Source of the DNA: Longimicrobiales bacterium
Lineage (GTDB): Bacteria; Gemmatimonadota; Gemmatimonadetes; Longimicrobiales; Gaopeijiaceae
Assembly (NCBI GenBank): GCA_965202805.1
Contig: OZ241869.1
Location: 2,464,001-2,528,000 of the forward strand
Reading direction: 5' to 3'
DNA: 64,000 nucleotides
Part shown: positions 9,026 through 20,086 of the stretch, one piece after another
Layout of the letters: the number at the start of each line of letters is the position of its first letter
Position numbering within the stretch: the first letter of the stretch is position 1
Notes under the pieces: generated by a model
Seen by the model: only the letters and a program-made list of their open reading frames with translations
Database searches by the model: none
Told to the model about the DNA's origin: nothing
Translations under genes and position numbers: made by a program

Positions 9026-10042
9026 TCATGGCGAGGGCACCGCCTCCAGCACCCGGCGGACGACGTCGCCGGTGCCGACCCCGCGCGCGTCCGCCTCGTA
9101 GGTGGTGCGCAGCCGGTGCGGAAGGACCATCGGCGCCATCGCCTTGACGTCGTCGGGCAGCACGAAACTCCGCCCGCGAAGCCATGCCCGCGCCCGCGAA
9201 GTGCGCGCGAGGAAGATGGACGCTCGCGGCGACGTCCCGAAGTCGATCAGGCTCTCCAGCTCCTCGAGCCCGTACCCGGCCGGCTCGCGGGTGGCGAAGG
9301 CCAGCTCCACGATGTAGTCGAGCACGGCTTCCTCCACGTGCACCGCAGCGACCCGCTCGCGGGCGCGAAACACCTCTTCCGCGCCCGCCACCGGCTCGAG
9401 CGGGGTTCCGGCCCGGTCCCCCGCCCAGCGCACGATCTCCTTCTCCTCGCCGCGGGAGGGATATCCGATGTCCAGCTTCATGGCGAAGCGGTCCAGCTGG
9501 GCTTCGGCCAGCGGATAGGTTCCGTGCAGCTCCACCGGGTTCTGCGTGGCCAGGACCATGAAGGGATCGGCCAGCGGAAAGGTTTCGCCGGCGATCGACA
9601 CCTGGCGCTCCTCCATCGCCTCGAGCAGCGCCGCCTGCACCTTGGGCGGGGCGCGGTTGATCTCGTCGGCGAGCACGATGTTGGAGAAGACCGGCCCCTT
9701 GTGCACCCGGAACTCGCCCGTGCGCGCATCCAGGATCGGGGTGCCGGCTATGTCGCTCGGGAGCAGGTCGGGGGTGAACTGGATGCGGCTGAAGCCGGTG
9801 TCGATGGCGTTGGCCAGCGTGCGCACCATGAGCGTCTTGGCGAGCCCCGGAAGGCCTTCCAGCAGCACGTGACCGCCCGTGAGCAGCGCGATGAGCAGTG
9901 CTTCGACCGCCGCGTCCTGGCCCACCACGCGCTCGCGCACGGCGGCGGTGACCCGGTGGGAAAGGCCAAGGCCGACCTCCCCGTTGCCGCCCTCCCCGGC
10001 GCCGGCCTCCCGCGCCAGCACTCCCGCGGATTCGCCCGGCAT
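9026..10042 (-). CDS. moxR: MoxR family AAA+ ATPase
   Basis: GHVLLEGLPGLAKT (Walker A), RIQFTPDLLPSD, LADEINRAPPKVQAALLEAMEE, ATQNP, SPRA. Confidence 0.95.
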   Translation of the reverse strand: MPGESAGVLAREAGAGEGGNGEVGLGLSHRVTAAVRERVVGQDAAVEALLIALLTGGHVLLEGLPGLAKTLMVRTLANAIDTGFSRIQFTPDLLPSDIAGTPILDARTGEFRVHKGPVFSNIVLADEINRAPPKVQAALLEAMEERQVSIAGETFPLADPFMVLATQNPVELHGTYPLAEAQLDRFAMKLDIGYPSRGEEKEIVRWAGDRAGTPLEPVAGAEEVFRARERVAAVHVEEAVLDYIVELAFATREPAGYGLEELESLIDFGTSPRASIFLARTSRARAWLRGRSFVLPDDVKAMAPMVLPHRLRTTYEADARGVGTGDVVRRVLEAVPSP

Positions 10043-11766
10043 CAGGCCAGGTGCATCGTGCGCCCGCCGACCACGGTGCGGACGATGCCGATCTCCTGAA
10101 AGGCTTCGGGGTCGGTCTCGTGCGGATCCTCGGCGAGGATCACGAAGTCCGCCAGCTTGCCCGGGGTGATGGATCCCTTGAGGTGTTCCTCGTGGGAGGC
10201 GCGGGCGCCGTTGATGGTTGCGATGCGCAGGGCCTCGCTCACGGTCACGCGCTGGTTGGGCCCCCACACCCGGCCCTCGGAGTCGGTGCGGGTCACCATC
10301 GACTGCAGGGCCATCATCGGCTCGTAGGGCCCCGGCACGTAGTCGGAAGCTCCCGCCACGGGGATGTCGTAATCGAGGAAGGAGCGGTGCGCGAACATGA
10401 AGCGCATCTTCTCCTCGCCGTACTCGATCCACTTGTTGCCGTGGTAGTGGACGTAGGTCCAGAACGGGGTCGGCACCGAGCCGGTGTCGCGGATGCGGGC
10501 GAGCAACTCCGGGTTCACCAGCGTGCAGTGCTCGAGGCGATGGCGCGGATCGGGACGCGGCCACATGCGCTGCACCCGCTCGTAGGCGTTCAGCACCATG
10601 TCGATGGCCACGTCGCCGTTGCAGTGGATGCCGATCTGGAGGTCGTGGCGGTGCGCGTCCTCCACGACTTCGTGGATCTCCTCCTGGGTCATGGTGAGGA
10701 TGCCGAAGTCGTCCGGGCGGCCGATGTAGGGCGTGGTCATGGCCATGGTGCGCCCGGAGGCGGAGCCGTCGGCGGTGTACTTGACGCCGCCCACGCGCAC
10801 CCACTCGTCGCCCAGGCCGCTGTGGACGCCGGCCGCCTTCAGCCCGGGGGTCATCAGGCCCAGAGCGTACATGGCGATGCGGCAGCGCAGTTCGCCCGCC
10901 TTGTAGGCGTCCTGGTAGGCGATGGCGTAATCGGCGGTGCAGCCGGTGTCGTGGAGGGAGGTCAGGCCGGCCGCGGTCACGAGCTCGGAGATGAGCTTCA
11001 CCCCCGCCTGGCGCTCCTCGCGGGTGGAGCCGGAGGGGAGGAGCCCGTAAAAGAGGTCGTTGGCGTTCTCGGCCAGGAGCCCGTTCAGCTCGCCGCCGTC
11101 GAGGTAGATCTGGCCGCCCGGGGGCGACTCGGTCTCGGCGGTGATGCCCGCCAGCTCGAATGCGCGGCTGTTGTACCAGTAGAGGTGGCCGCCGCGGTGG
11201 GAGACCCGCACCGGGTGGTCGGGGACCCATTCGTCCAGGTCGCGGCGGGTGATGCGGCGGCCTTCGCGCACCTTGGTGTCGTCGTACTTGAAGGCCAGCA
11301 ACCATTCGCCCGGGGGCTTGCCGGCCGCGCCCTCGCGCAGCCGCTCCCCGATCTCGGCCATCGAGCGCACGTCCAGGTTGACCTCGGTGAGTTCGCGCAC
11401 GCCGCCCGAGGCGGGATGGAGGTGGGCGTCGATGAAGCCCGGGGTGACGGTCATGCCCTCCGCATCGATCACCTGGGTGCCGGGCCCGGCCAGGTTGCGG
11501 ATGTCGTCGCTTGACCCGACCGCGATGAAACGCGAGTTCTTGACCGCGAAGGCCTCGGCCTGCGGCAGGTCGTCGTCCACGGTGTAGACGCGGCCCCCGA
11601 CCAGAATCAGGTCCGGAGTGACGTCGCCCGCTTCCTGAAGCGGCGCCAGGGAGCGCGCGCGGGCGAGCCTCGCGTCCGATCCCCGCAGCTCGAAGTCGCC
11701 GATCCCGAAGCCGGTGGCGAGGGCAGCGCCGATACCGAGAAACTCTCCTCTCGAATAGCGGTTCAT
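10042..11766 (-). CDS. Amidohydrolase_3 (YtcJ-like) metal-dependent hydrolase with Tat-like signal
   Basis: PGFIDAHLH, KYTADGS, IHCNGD, RLEHC, GSITPGKLADFVIL; N-terminus SRGEFLG. Confidence 0.9.
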   Translation of the reverse strand: MNRYSRGEFLGIGAALATGFGIGDFELRGSDARLARARSLAPLQEAGDVTPDLILVGGRVYTVDDDLPQAEAFAVKNSRFIAVGSSDDIRNLAGPGTQVIDAEGMTVTPGFIDAHLHPASGGVRELTEVNLDVRSMAEIGERLREGAAGKPPGEWLLAFKYDDTKVREGRRITRRDLDEWVPDHPVRVSHRGGHLYWYNSRAFELAGITAETESPPGGQIYLDGGELNGLLAENANDLFYGLLPSGSTREERQAGVKLISELVTAAGLTSLHDTGCTADYAIAYQDAYKAGELRCRIAMYALGLMTPGLKAAGVHSGLGDEWVRVGGVKYTADGSASGRTMAMTTPYIGRPDDFGILTMTQEEIHEVVEDAHRHDLQIGIHCNGDVAIDMVLNAYERVQRMWPRPDPRHRLEHCTLVNPELLARIRDTGSVPTPFWTYVHYHGNKWIEYGEEKMRFMFAHRSFLDYDIPVAGASDYVPGPYEPMMALQSMVTRTDSEGRVWGPNQRVTVSEALRIATINGARASHEEHLKGSITPGKLADFVILAEDPHETDPEAFQEIGIVRTVVGGRTMHLA

Positions 11767-11882
11767 GGACTCCTCCGGGCCAAGTCGTTGATATTCTGCT
11801 AATTTCCACCCCATGTACGCCCGTGCAAGTACGGCAGGTGGCAGGTGCCGGCGGGCGCGGAGGGGTTGCAAGCGCGCGGGCA

Positions 11883-11925
11883 GGGTGGCCCGTCATGAGC
11901 GCGGGGTAGCCCGTCATGAGCCGCG
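11883..11925. repeat. Imperfect ~21-bp tandem duplication in a divergent intergenic region
   Basis: gggtggcccgtcatgagcgcg followed by gggtagcccgtcatgagccgcg. Confidence 0.6.
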
Positions 11926-12105
11926 CCGCGTATGCCGAAGCCATGCGGCCGCACACGGGGCAGGGCACGAACAGCAACGGAGGACAGATGGCTCTCGATT
12001 CTCAGTCCGGGGTCCGCCGGGGCCTGCGAAGTCTGCGGGAGGGGGAGCGGGTAACGCTCTCGGCGGTGCTTGGCCGCCGCTGAGCCCGGCGGAGGGAGCG
12101 CGGCC

Positions 12106-13467
12106 ATGACGCTGGCCCGCTCGCTGGCGGAGCACGAGGAGCGGCTGATGAGCTGCGTGCACTGCGGCTTCTGCCTGCCGGCCTGCCCCACCTACGTCCG
12201 CCTGGGCGACGAAGCCGACTCGCCTCGCGGCCGCCTCTACCTGATGCGCGCCGTGGTCGAGGGTCGGCTCGATCCCGCGTCGGACGCCTTCCAGACCCAC
12301 ATCGACCGCTGCCTGGGATGCCGGGCCTGCGAACCCGTCTGCCCGGCGGGGGTGGAGTACGGCTCGCTCCTCGAACACGCCCGCGAGGCGGCGGTCGAGG
12401 CCAGGCCCGCGGGGGGCGCGGCGCGGGCCGTCCTCTGGCTCTTCGCCCGGCGCAAGCTGCTCTTCGCGTTGATGGCGCTGGGGCGTCTCCTGCGCGCCAC
12501 CGGCATCCCCGCGCTGGGCGCGCGCTTCCTGCCCGCGCGGCTCGGTCGGGTGCGCCTGGGGCTCGGGATGCTGGCTTCGACCCGCCGGGGGCGCGCGGCC
12601 CGCAAGGCCACGTCATCCGCTTCCTCGCGGGAGGCGGAGGGCCCCGATCCCGCACGCAGCCCGCCGGGACCCCATCCGCTCGCCGGCACCCGCGTCGCGG
12701 TGCTGAACGGGTGTGTGCAGGCCGGCCTGCTGCGGCACGTCAACGACGCCACCCGCCGGGTCCTCCGGGCCAACGGAATGAACGTCGTGGACGCCTCGGG
12801 GCAGCGGTGCTGCGGTGCGCTTCACGCCCACGGAGGAGACCTCGAGGGCGCCCGCCGCCTTGCGCGCACCAATATCGACGCCATGCTGGGAGCCGGGGCC
12901 GAGATCATCGCGGTCAACGCCGCCGGATGCGGCGCGCAGCTCAAGGACTACGGAGAATTGCTCGCGGACGACGCGCGCTACGCGCGGCGGGCGGCGCGGG
13001 TGGCGGAGAAGGCGCGCGACATCTCCGAAATCCTGGCTGAGACCGGACCCCGCCAGGGGGCGCCGCTCCCGCTGTCGGTGACCTGGGATGCGCCCTGCCA
13101 TCTCCTCCACGCGCAAGGGGTTTCGGAGCCCCCGCTCCAGGTCCTGCGCTCGATTCCCGAACTTGAACTCATCCCCCTGCCCCGGGCCGACGAATGCTGC
13201 GGGGGCGCGGGCACCTACGGCATCACTCATCCGCGGCTCGGGGGCGAGATCGGGAAGGACAAGGTCGACGCGGTAGCAGGCACCGGCGCGAAGGTGGTCG
13301 CGACGGCCAACCCCGGGTGCATCATGCAGATCGGGGGAGGATTGCGCATGAAGGGCGCGCCGGTCGAGGCCTGCCACCCGGTCTCACTTCTCGACGAGAG
13401 CTACCGGGCGGCCGGATTCTACGACACTTCCGCGCATGGGATGGCGGGTCCGCGGGATGGCGGCTGA
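12106..13467 (+). CDS. glcF: GlcF-like Fe-S oxidoreductase (two 4Fe-4S motifs and two CCG domains)
   Basis: CVHCGFCLPACPT, CLGCRACEPVCP, QRCCGA, DECCGGAG, TANPGC; GGAGG RBS upstream. Confidence 0.85.
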   Translation: MTLARSLAEHEERLMSCVHCGFCLPACPTYVRLGDEADSPRGRLYLMRAVVEGRLDPASDAFQTHIDRCLGCRACEPVCPAGVEYGSLLEHAREAAVEARPAGGAARAVLWLFARRKLLFALMALGRLLRATGIPALGARFLPARLGRVRLGLGMLASTRRGRAARKATSSASSREAEGPDPARSPPGPHPLAGTRVAVLNGCVQAGLLRHVNDATRRVLRANGMNVVDASGQRCCGALHAHGGDLEGARRLARTNIDAMLGAGAEIIAVNAAGCGAQLKDYGELLADDARYARRAARVAEKARDISEILAETGPRQGAPLPLSVTWDAPCHLLHAQGVSEPPLQVLRSIPELELIPLPRADECCGGAGTYGITHPRLGGEIGKDKVDAVAGTGAKVVATANPGCIMQIGGGLRMKGAPVEACHPVSLLDESYRAAGFYDTSAHGMAGPRDGG

Positions 13468-14308
13468 TCCAGTGTCCCGGTGGACGATCCGTCCATTTCG
13501 GACCCATCGGGACTACGAGGCCTGCATCGCGCTGCAGGAGGCGACCTGGGGTGCCGGCTTCTCCGAGCGGGTGCCCATGGCGCTCATGATCGTGAGCCAG
13601 CGCCTGGGCGGGGTCGCCGCGGGCGCCTTCGACGACGACGGGTCCCTTGCCGGGTTCATCTTCGGCCTCTCCGGGATCGAGAACGGAATCCCGGTGCACT
13701 GGTCGGACATGCTGGCGGTGCGGACCGACTGCCAGGGGCAGGGCCTCGGCATCCGCCTCAAGAGCTACCAGCGCGACGCCGTCCTGGAGCATGGGATCCG
13801 GCGCATGTACTGGACCTTCGATCCGCTGGAGTCCCGCAACGCCTACATCAACCTGGCCAGGCTGGGCATCGTTGCGCGCGAGTACGTCGAGAACATGTAC
13901 GGCCAGACCGACTCTCCGCTCCATCGGGGCATCGGCACCGACCGGTTCGTGGCCCTCTGGCAGCTGGATGCTCGCCGGGTCGAGCGACGGTTGGCGGCAG
14001 AGCCGTCGCCTCCCGTGATCGAGGACCTGGCCGAGGTGCCGCGCGTGCTCGACTGCACGCCGGGGTCGCCTTCGGGCTGGCCCGAACCGGAGATCCGGGA
14101 CATGGCGGGGGCGAACGAAGTCCTGGCCGCAATCCCCTCCGACATCCAGGCGCTGAAGTCGGCTTCGCCCGAGCTCGCGGCGCGCTGGCGGGCGGCCACG
14201 CGCTCGGTCCTGCGGAGCTATCTTTCGAACGGGTACGAAGTTTGCGAACTCATTCGGGGAGCGCGCGTCTCACGCTATCTCCTGAGGAGAATCGAGAAGA
14301 ACCCATGA
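13457..14308 (+). CDS. GNAT acyltransferase (N-succinyltransferase-like, typically associated with NSAR/OSBS)
   Basis: HWSDMLAV, QGQGLGIRLK, WTFDPLESRNAYINLARLG, YVENMYG..TDRF motifs; operon context with an OSBS/NSAR gene. Confidence 0.85.
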   Translation: MAADPVSRWTIRPFRTHRDYEACIALQEATWGAGFSERVPMALMIVSQRLGGVAAGAFDDDGSLAGFIFGLSGIENGIPVHWSDMLAVRTDCQGQGLGIRLKSYQRDAVLEHGIRRMYWTFDPLESRNAYINLARLGIVAREYVENMYGQTDSPLHRGIGTDRFVALWQLDARRVERRLAAEPSPPVIEDLAEVPRVLDCTPGSPSGWPEPEIRDMAGANEVLAAIPSDIQALKSASPELAARWRAATRSVLRSYLSNGYEVCELIRGARVSRYLLRRIEKNP

Positions 14309-15540
14309 CCGAGAAGATGCTCGACGCTCCGCACGTGGCGATCATCGGCGCCGGTCCCGTGGGACTGGAGGCCGCACTCGCCGCTGCCGAGGCCGGGATG
14401 TCGTTCACCCTGTACGAAGCCGGTGCGCATGTCGGCAACAACGTCCTCTCGTGGGGACACGTCCGCCTGTTCACGGGCTGGGATCTGAACGTGTCGCCAC
14501 GGATGCGGCGGTGGCTGCGGGGCGCGGGGCGCGGGATGCCCTCCGGAGACGAGCCTCCGACCGGACAGGAGCTGGTCGGAAGAGTGCTTCAGCCGATCGC
14601 GGCCCTGCCCGTCATCGCCGAACGCCTGTCCCTCGGCACACGGGTGCTGTCGGTGGCCCGGGAAGGGCTCCTGAAGCACGAAGAGATCGCCAGCGCCGAA
14701 CGCGCCAGCCTGCCGTTCCGCCTTCTGGTGCGCAGCTCCGGCGGGGAGCGGATCGAGCGCGCGGACATGGTGGTCGACTGCACGGGCACCTGGGGCGTCC
14801 CCAACGCGCTTGGGGAGGGCGGCATTCCGGCTCCCGGGGAAGCGGCCGCGGAAGACAGGATCGTCCGGCACATTCCGGACATCGAGGGCAATCCCGGCGA
14901 ATGGGCCGGGAAGCGCATCCTGCTCGTCGGGGCAGGTCATTCGGGACAGACGGTCATGCGGTCGTTCGCCGCCCTCGCCCGGCGAGACCCCGCTACCCGG
15001 GTGACCTGGGCGCTGAGACATCCCGAACTGCGGCTGCGGCCGGTCGCCGGCGACCGCCTGCCCGCGCGCAGACGTCTCACCCTTGCCGCCCGGCAGTTGG
15101 CCACGAACGACGCGTCCGACGTCGAAGTCCTCCGGGGCTTCACGGTCAACGGAATGGAGCGCAACGGCGATGGCCTGAACGTGGTCCTCAGCCAGCGGGA
15201 CGGCTCCACCGTGGTGCGCCAGGTCGACCGGATCGTCTCCATGTGCGGCTACGTCGGCGACCACGACCTCTACCGGCAGCTCCAGGTCCACGAATGCTAC
15301 GCGACGGCGGCGCCGATGAAGCTGTCCGCGGCGCTGCTCGCCGGCTCCGCGAGCGACGACTGCATGGACCAGACGAGCTTCGGCGCGGGCACGCTCGCCA
15401 ACCCCGAACCCGGCTTCCTGATTCTGGGATCCAAGTCCTACGGCCGAAACAGCACCTTCCTCATGCGCGTCGGGTGGGAGCAGGTCGACGAGGTATTCGG
15501 CCCCCTGGGAGCACAGGTAAGGCCGAAGACGCCCTCGTGA
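14305..15540 (+). CDS. FAD/NAD(P)-dependent oxidoreductase (flavoprotein monooxygenase-like, ArsO-type family)
   Basis: IIGAGPVG, DCTGTW, VGAGHSG, LGSKSYGRNSTFLMRVGWEQV; ATGA overlap with the GNAT gene. Confidence 0.8.
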   Translation: MTEKMLDAPHVAIIGAGPVGLEAALAAAEAGMSFTLYEAGAHVGNNVLSWGHVRLFTGWDLNVSPRMRRWLRGAGRGMPSGDEPPTGQELVGRVLQPIAALPVIAERLSLGTRVLSVAREGLLKHEEIASAERASLPFRLLVRSSGGERIERADMVVDCTGTWGVPNALGEGGIPAPGEAAAEDRIVRHIPDIEGNPGEWAGKRILLVGAGHSGQTVMRSFAALARRDPATRVTWALRHPELRLRPVAGDRLPARRRLTLAARQLATNDASDVEVLRGFTVNGMERNGDGLNVVLSQRDGSTVVRQVDRIVSMCGYVGDHDLYRQLQVHECYATAAPMKLSAALLAGSASDDCMDQTSFGAGTLANPEPGFLILGSKSYGRNSTFLMRVGWEQVDEVFGPLGAQVRPKTPS

Positions 15541-16611
15541 AGATCGACGCCATCGAAGTCCGCGAAATCCGGCTCCCGCTGCGCGAGCGCTTCGAGATCT
15601 CGAGCGGATACTCCGAGGAACGACGCATCCTGCTGGTCAGGCTGCACGCCGACGGGGAGACCGGGTGGGCGGAATGCGTGGCCGGCGAGGACCCCGGGTA
15701 TTCGTACGAGACCACGGAAACCGCGTGGCACGTTCTTTCGCAGTTTCTCATTCCCGTGCTCCTGGGCGCACAGGTGGAGGGACCCGCGGACGTTGAGCGG
15801 CGACTCGCGCACGTCCGTGGCCATCCGATGGCCAGGGCGTGTCTGGAAATGGCGTGCTGGGACCTCGAAGCCAGGCGGCGCGGCCTCTCTCTCGCGGAGG
15901 CCGTGGGGGGCTCGGGTGACCCCGTGCCCGTGGGGGTGAGCGTCGGGCTGCAGCAAAGCGACGACCTCCTGATCGACAAGGTGGGCGGCTTCCTCGCCGC
16001 CGGTTACCGCAAGATCAAGCTCAAGATCAAGCCCGGGCGGGACGTGGAGATGGTGCGCGCCGTGCGCGAGGCCTTCCCCGACGCGCCGCTCATGGTGGAC
16101 GCCAACTCCGCCTATACGCCGGCCGACCGGGATCGCCTCGCGGAAATGGACGATCTCGACCTGCTGATGATCGAGCAGCCCCTCGCCTGGGATGACCTGT
16201 ACCAGCACGCGCGTCTCCAGGAGAGGCTCGAGACTCCGGTGTGCCTGGACGAGTCCATCCGCTCGGCCGGCGATGCGGAGCTGGCGCTGGCGCTGGGAAG
16301 CTGCCGCATCATCAACATCAAACCGGGCCGGGTGGGCGGCCTGGGCTCGTCGCGCCGCATTCACGACCTGTGCCGCGCGCGCGGTGTGCCGGTCTGGTGC
16401 GGCGGGATGCTCGAGTCGGGTGTCGGGAGGGCCTTCAACATCGCGCTCGCCACGCTGCCGGGCTTCACCATACCGGGCGACATCTCGGCCAGCCGGCGCT
16501 ACTGGGAGCGCGACATCGTGGACCCCGAGTTCGAGGTGGTGGGGGGGAAGATGACGCCTCCCCGCGGACCCGGGATCGGAGTGACGCCCGACGAGCGGCG
16601 CATCGACGAGC

Positions 16612-18420
<1,809 letters not shown>

Positions 18421-18552
18421 GCACGAAAGCTCGCCGTCCGGCGCGGGCGCTGGAATGGAAGAATGTGACCCGCCGGCGATCCGGTTGGTCCGCCAGGTCG
18501 GCTCGGTACGCCCGCCGGACCTGCGCGGACTACTCGGCCAGCCCGGCGAAGG

Positions 18553-19107
18553 CTACTCGGCGGGCCTCACGTCGATGGTGATCTGCACCGCCAGATGGCC
18601 CAGATCCGCGCGCGAGCGCACGGCTTCGCGGATCCGCGGCTCCAGCTTCCCGTAGGCCGCCATCACCCCGTTGCGCAGGTGGGTCCTCAGCAGGTTGAGC
18701 GCGTTCGCGTCCGGTCTGGTGGTCCGGGTCTGCTTGCGCACTTCCACGAGATCCGCGGGCACGATCTCGAAGGGCACGATGCCGATGTCGTCGTAGCGCT
18801 CCGAGTCCAGGTACTGGATGGAGACCGAGACATCCCCCCGCGCGTGGCAGTGGCTGATGTCGCCGATCGCACGGAATCGCGACGCCAGCCGCTTGATGTC
18901 CGTGCTCTGCGCCGCGGACATGTAGCCACGGTTGGTCAGACTGAAGATCCGGCGCAGCCGCTCGGTCGGGGTGGCGTCGGCTTCCGGCGTTTCGCTGTCG
19001 AGTTCGCGTCCGGTGGCCGCGCGCGCGTAGTGTTCCAGGTTCAGATCGCGGTTTCTCTGGCGATCGATGTTGTCCAGGATGCGGTCCGGATTGGTTCTGA
19101 AGCTCAT
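18553..19107 (-). CDS. Hypothetical protein
   Basis: 184-aa ORF with typical GC3 bias and a GGGAGAAG RBS; no recognised motif. Confidence 0.7.
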   Translation of the reverse strand: MSFRTNPDRILDNIDRQRNRDLNLEHYARAATGRELDSETPEADATPTERLRRIFSLTNRGYMSAAQSTDIKRLASRFRAIGDISHCHARGDVSVSIQYLDSERYDDIGIVPFEIVPADLVEVRKQTRTTRPDANALNLLRTHLRNGVMAAYGKLEPRIREAVRSRADLGHLAVQITIDVRPAE

Positions 19108-19230
19108 GCTTCTCCCTCATGCGTTTTTCCCGTTGGGCACCTGACGATAACGGGCACCGCGGCTACAGGCTATAATGGTTCGGCCGGCAGACGCGCCACG
19201 CGCCCACCCACCACACCGCAGGAGGATGCC

Positions 19231-19914
19231 ATGTCCGATTCATCGTCCCCGTCCCTGCCCTCGCTGCCCGGAAGAATCGTCGCGGTATTCGTCTCCCCGG
19301 GCAGGCTCTTCGAGCAACTGCGCGAGATGCCCGTGTGGGGGGCCACCATGCTCCTTCTGGTGATCCTGAACGTCATCATGATGTTCCTCCTCCCCGCGGA
19401 ACTCTTCGAGGAGCAGATCCGCCGGGGCATGGCGGATGCCGGAATGGGGGAGGACGAGATCGCCGTGGCGGCCACCGTCGGCCGCTACGCCGGCATTGCG
19501 ATGGCCGGCGTGATGGGGGCCGTGGGCAGTTTCATCATCGGCACGGTCCTGTTCTTCGTCTTCTCCACGCTGCTCGGCGACAACGGACGCTTTCGCCAGT
19601 ACCTTTCCGTCGTCGTGCACGCGCTGGTGATCTCGTCGATCGGCGCCCTGATCCAGGTGCCCCTGAAGAGGAGCGCGGGCGACATGGAGCTCGTGCTCAG
19701 CCTGGGGACCTTTGCTCCATTCCTGGAGGAGGGTTTCGTCCTGAGCTTCCTCGGCGCCATCGGACTCTTCGGCATCTGGTGCGCGATGCTGATGGCGATC
19801 GGGATCACCCGTATCCAGCCCACACGCAGCTGGGGCAGCGCGTTCTCGATCGTGATGGCGCTCTACTGCCTCTTCGCGCTGGGGACGGCGGGCATCAGGT
19901 CCATGGTCTCATGA
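19231..19914 (+). CDS. YIP1-family membrane protein
   Basis: VFVSPGRLFEQLRE N-terminal motif; about 5 TM helices; AGGAGG RBS; TATAAT at 19171-19176. Confidence 0.8.
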   Translation: MSDSSSPSLPSLPGRIVAVFVSPGRLFEQLREMPVWGATMLLLVILNVIMMFLLPAELFEEQIRRGMADAGMGEDEIAVAATVGRYAGIAMAGVMGAVGSFIIGTVLFFVFSTLLGDNGRFRQYLSVVVHALVISSIGALIQVPLKRSAGDMELVLSLGTFAPFLEEGFVLSFLGAIGLFGIWCAMLMAIGITRIQPTRSWGSAFSIVMALYCLFALGTAGIRSMVS

Positions 19915-20086
19915 CGGACGAGTTCGGCGCGTCCCTGCCTGCTGGCCTTCCTTCCCGCTGAGGGCTTTCTGCTGAGCTCCTGCACGAGCCGGGCATTGTG
20001 GCTGCTGCCCGCCCTGCCACTGGCGGCGGCGGCTTGAGACGCCATCTTATATCGGCTTCACCGCACTCACCCGGGATCCCTCCGCG

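Noticed and set aside
7967..10099. 710-aa plus-strand ORF, and similar long antisense ORFs (e.g. 45295..47283, 50837..52945, 58424..60658, 22825..24576)
   Set aside because: Shadow ORFs opposite well-supported genes, expected in high-GC DNA; no motifs.
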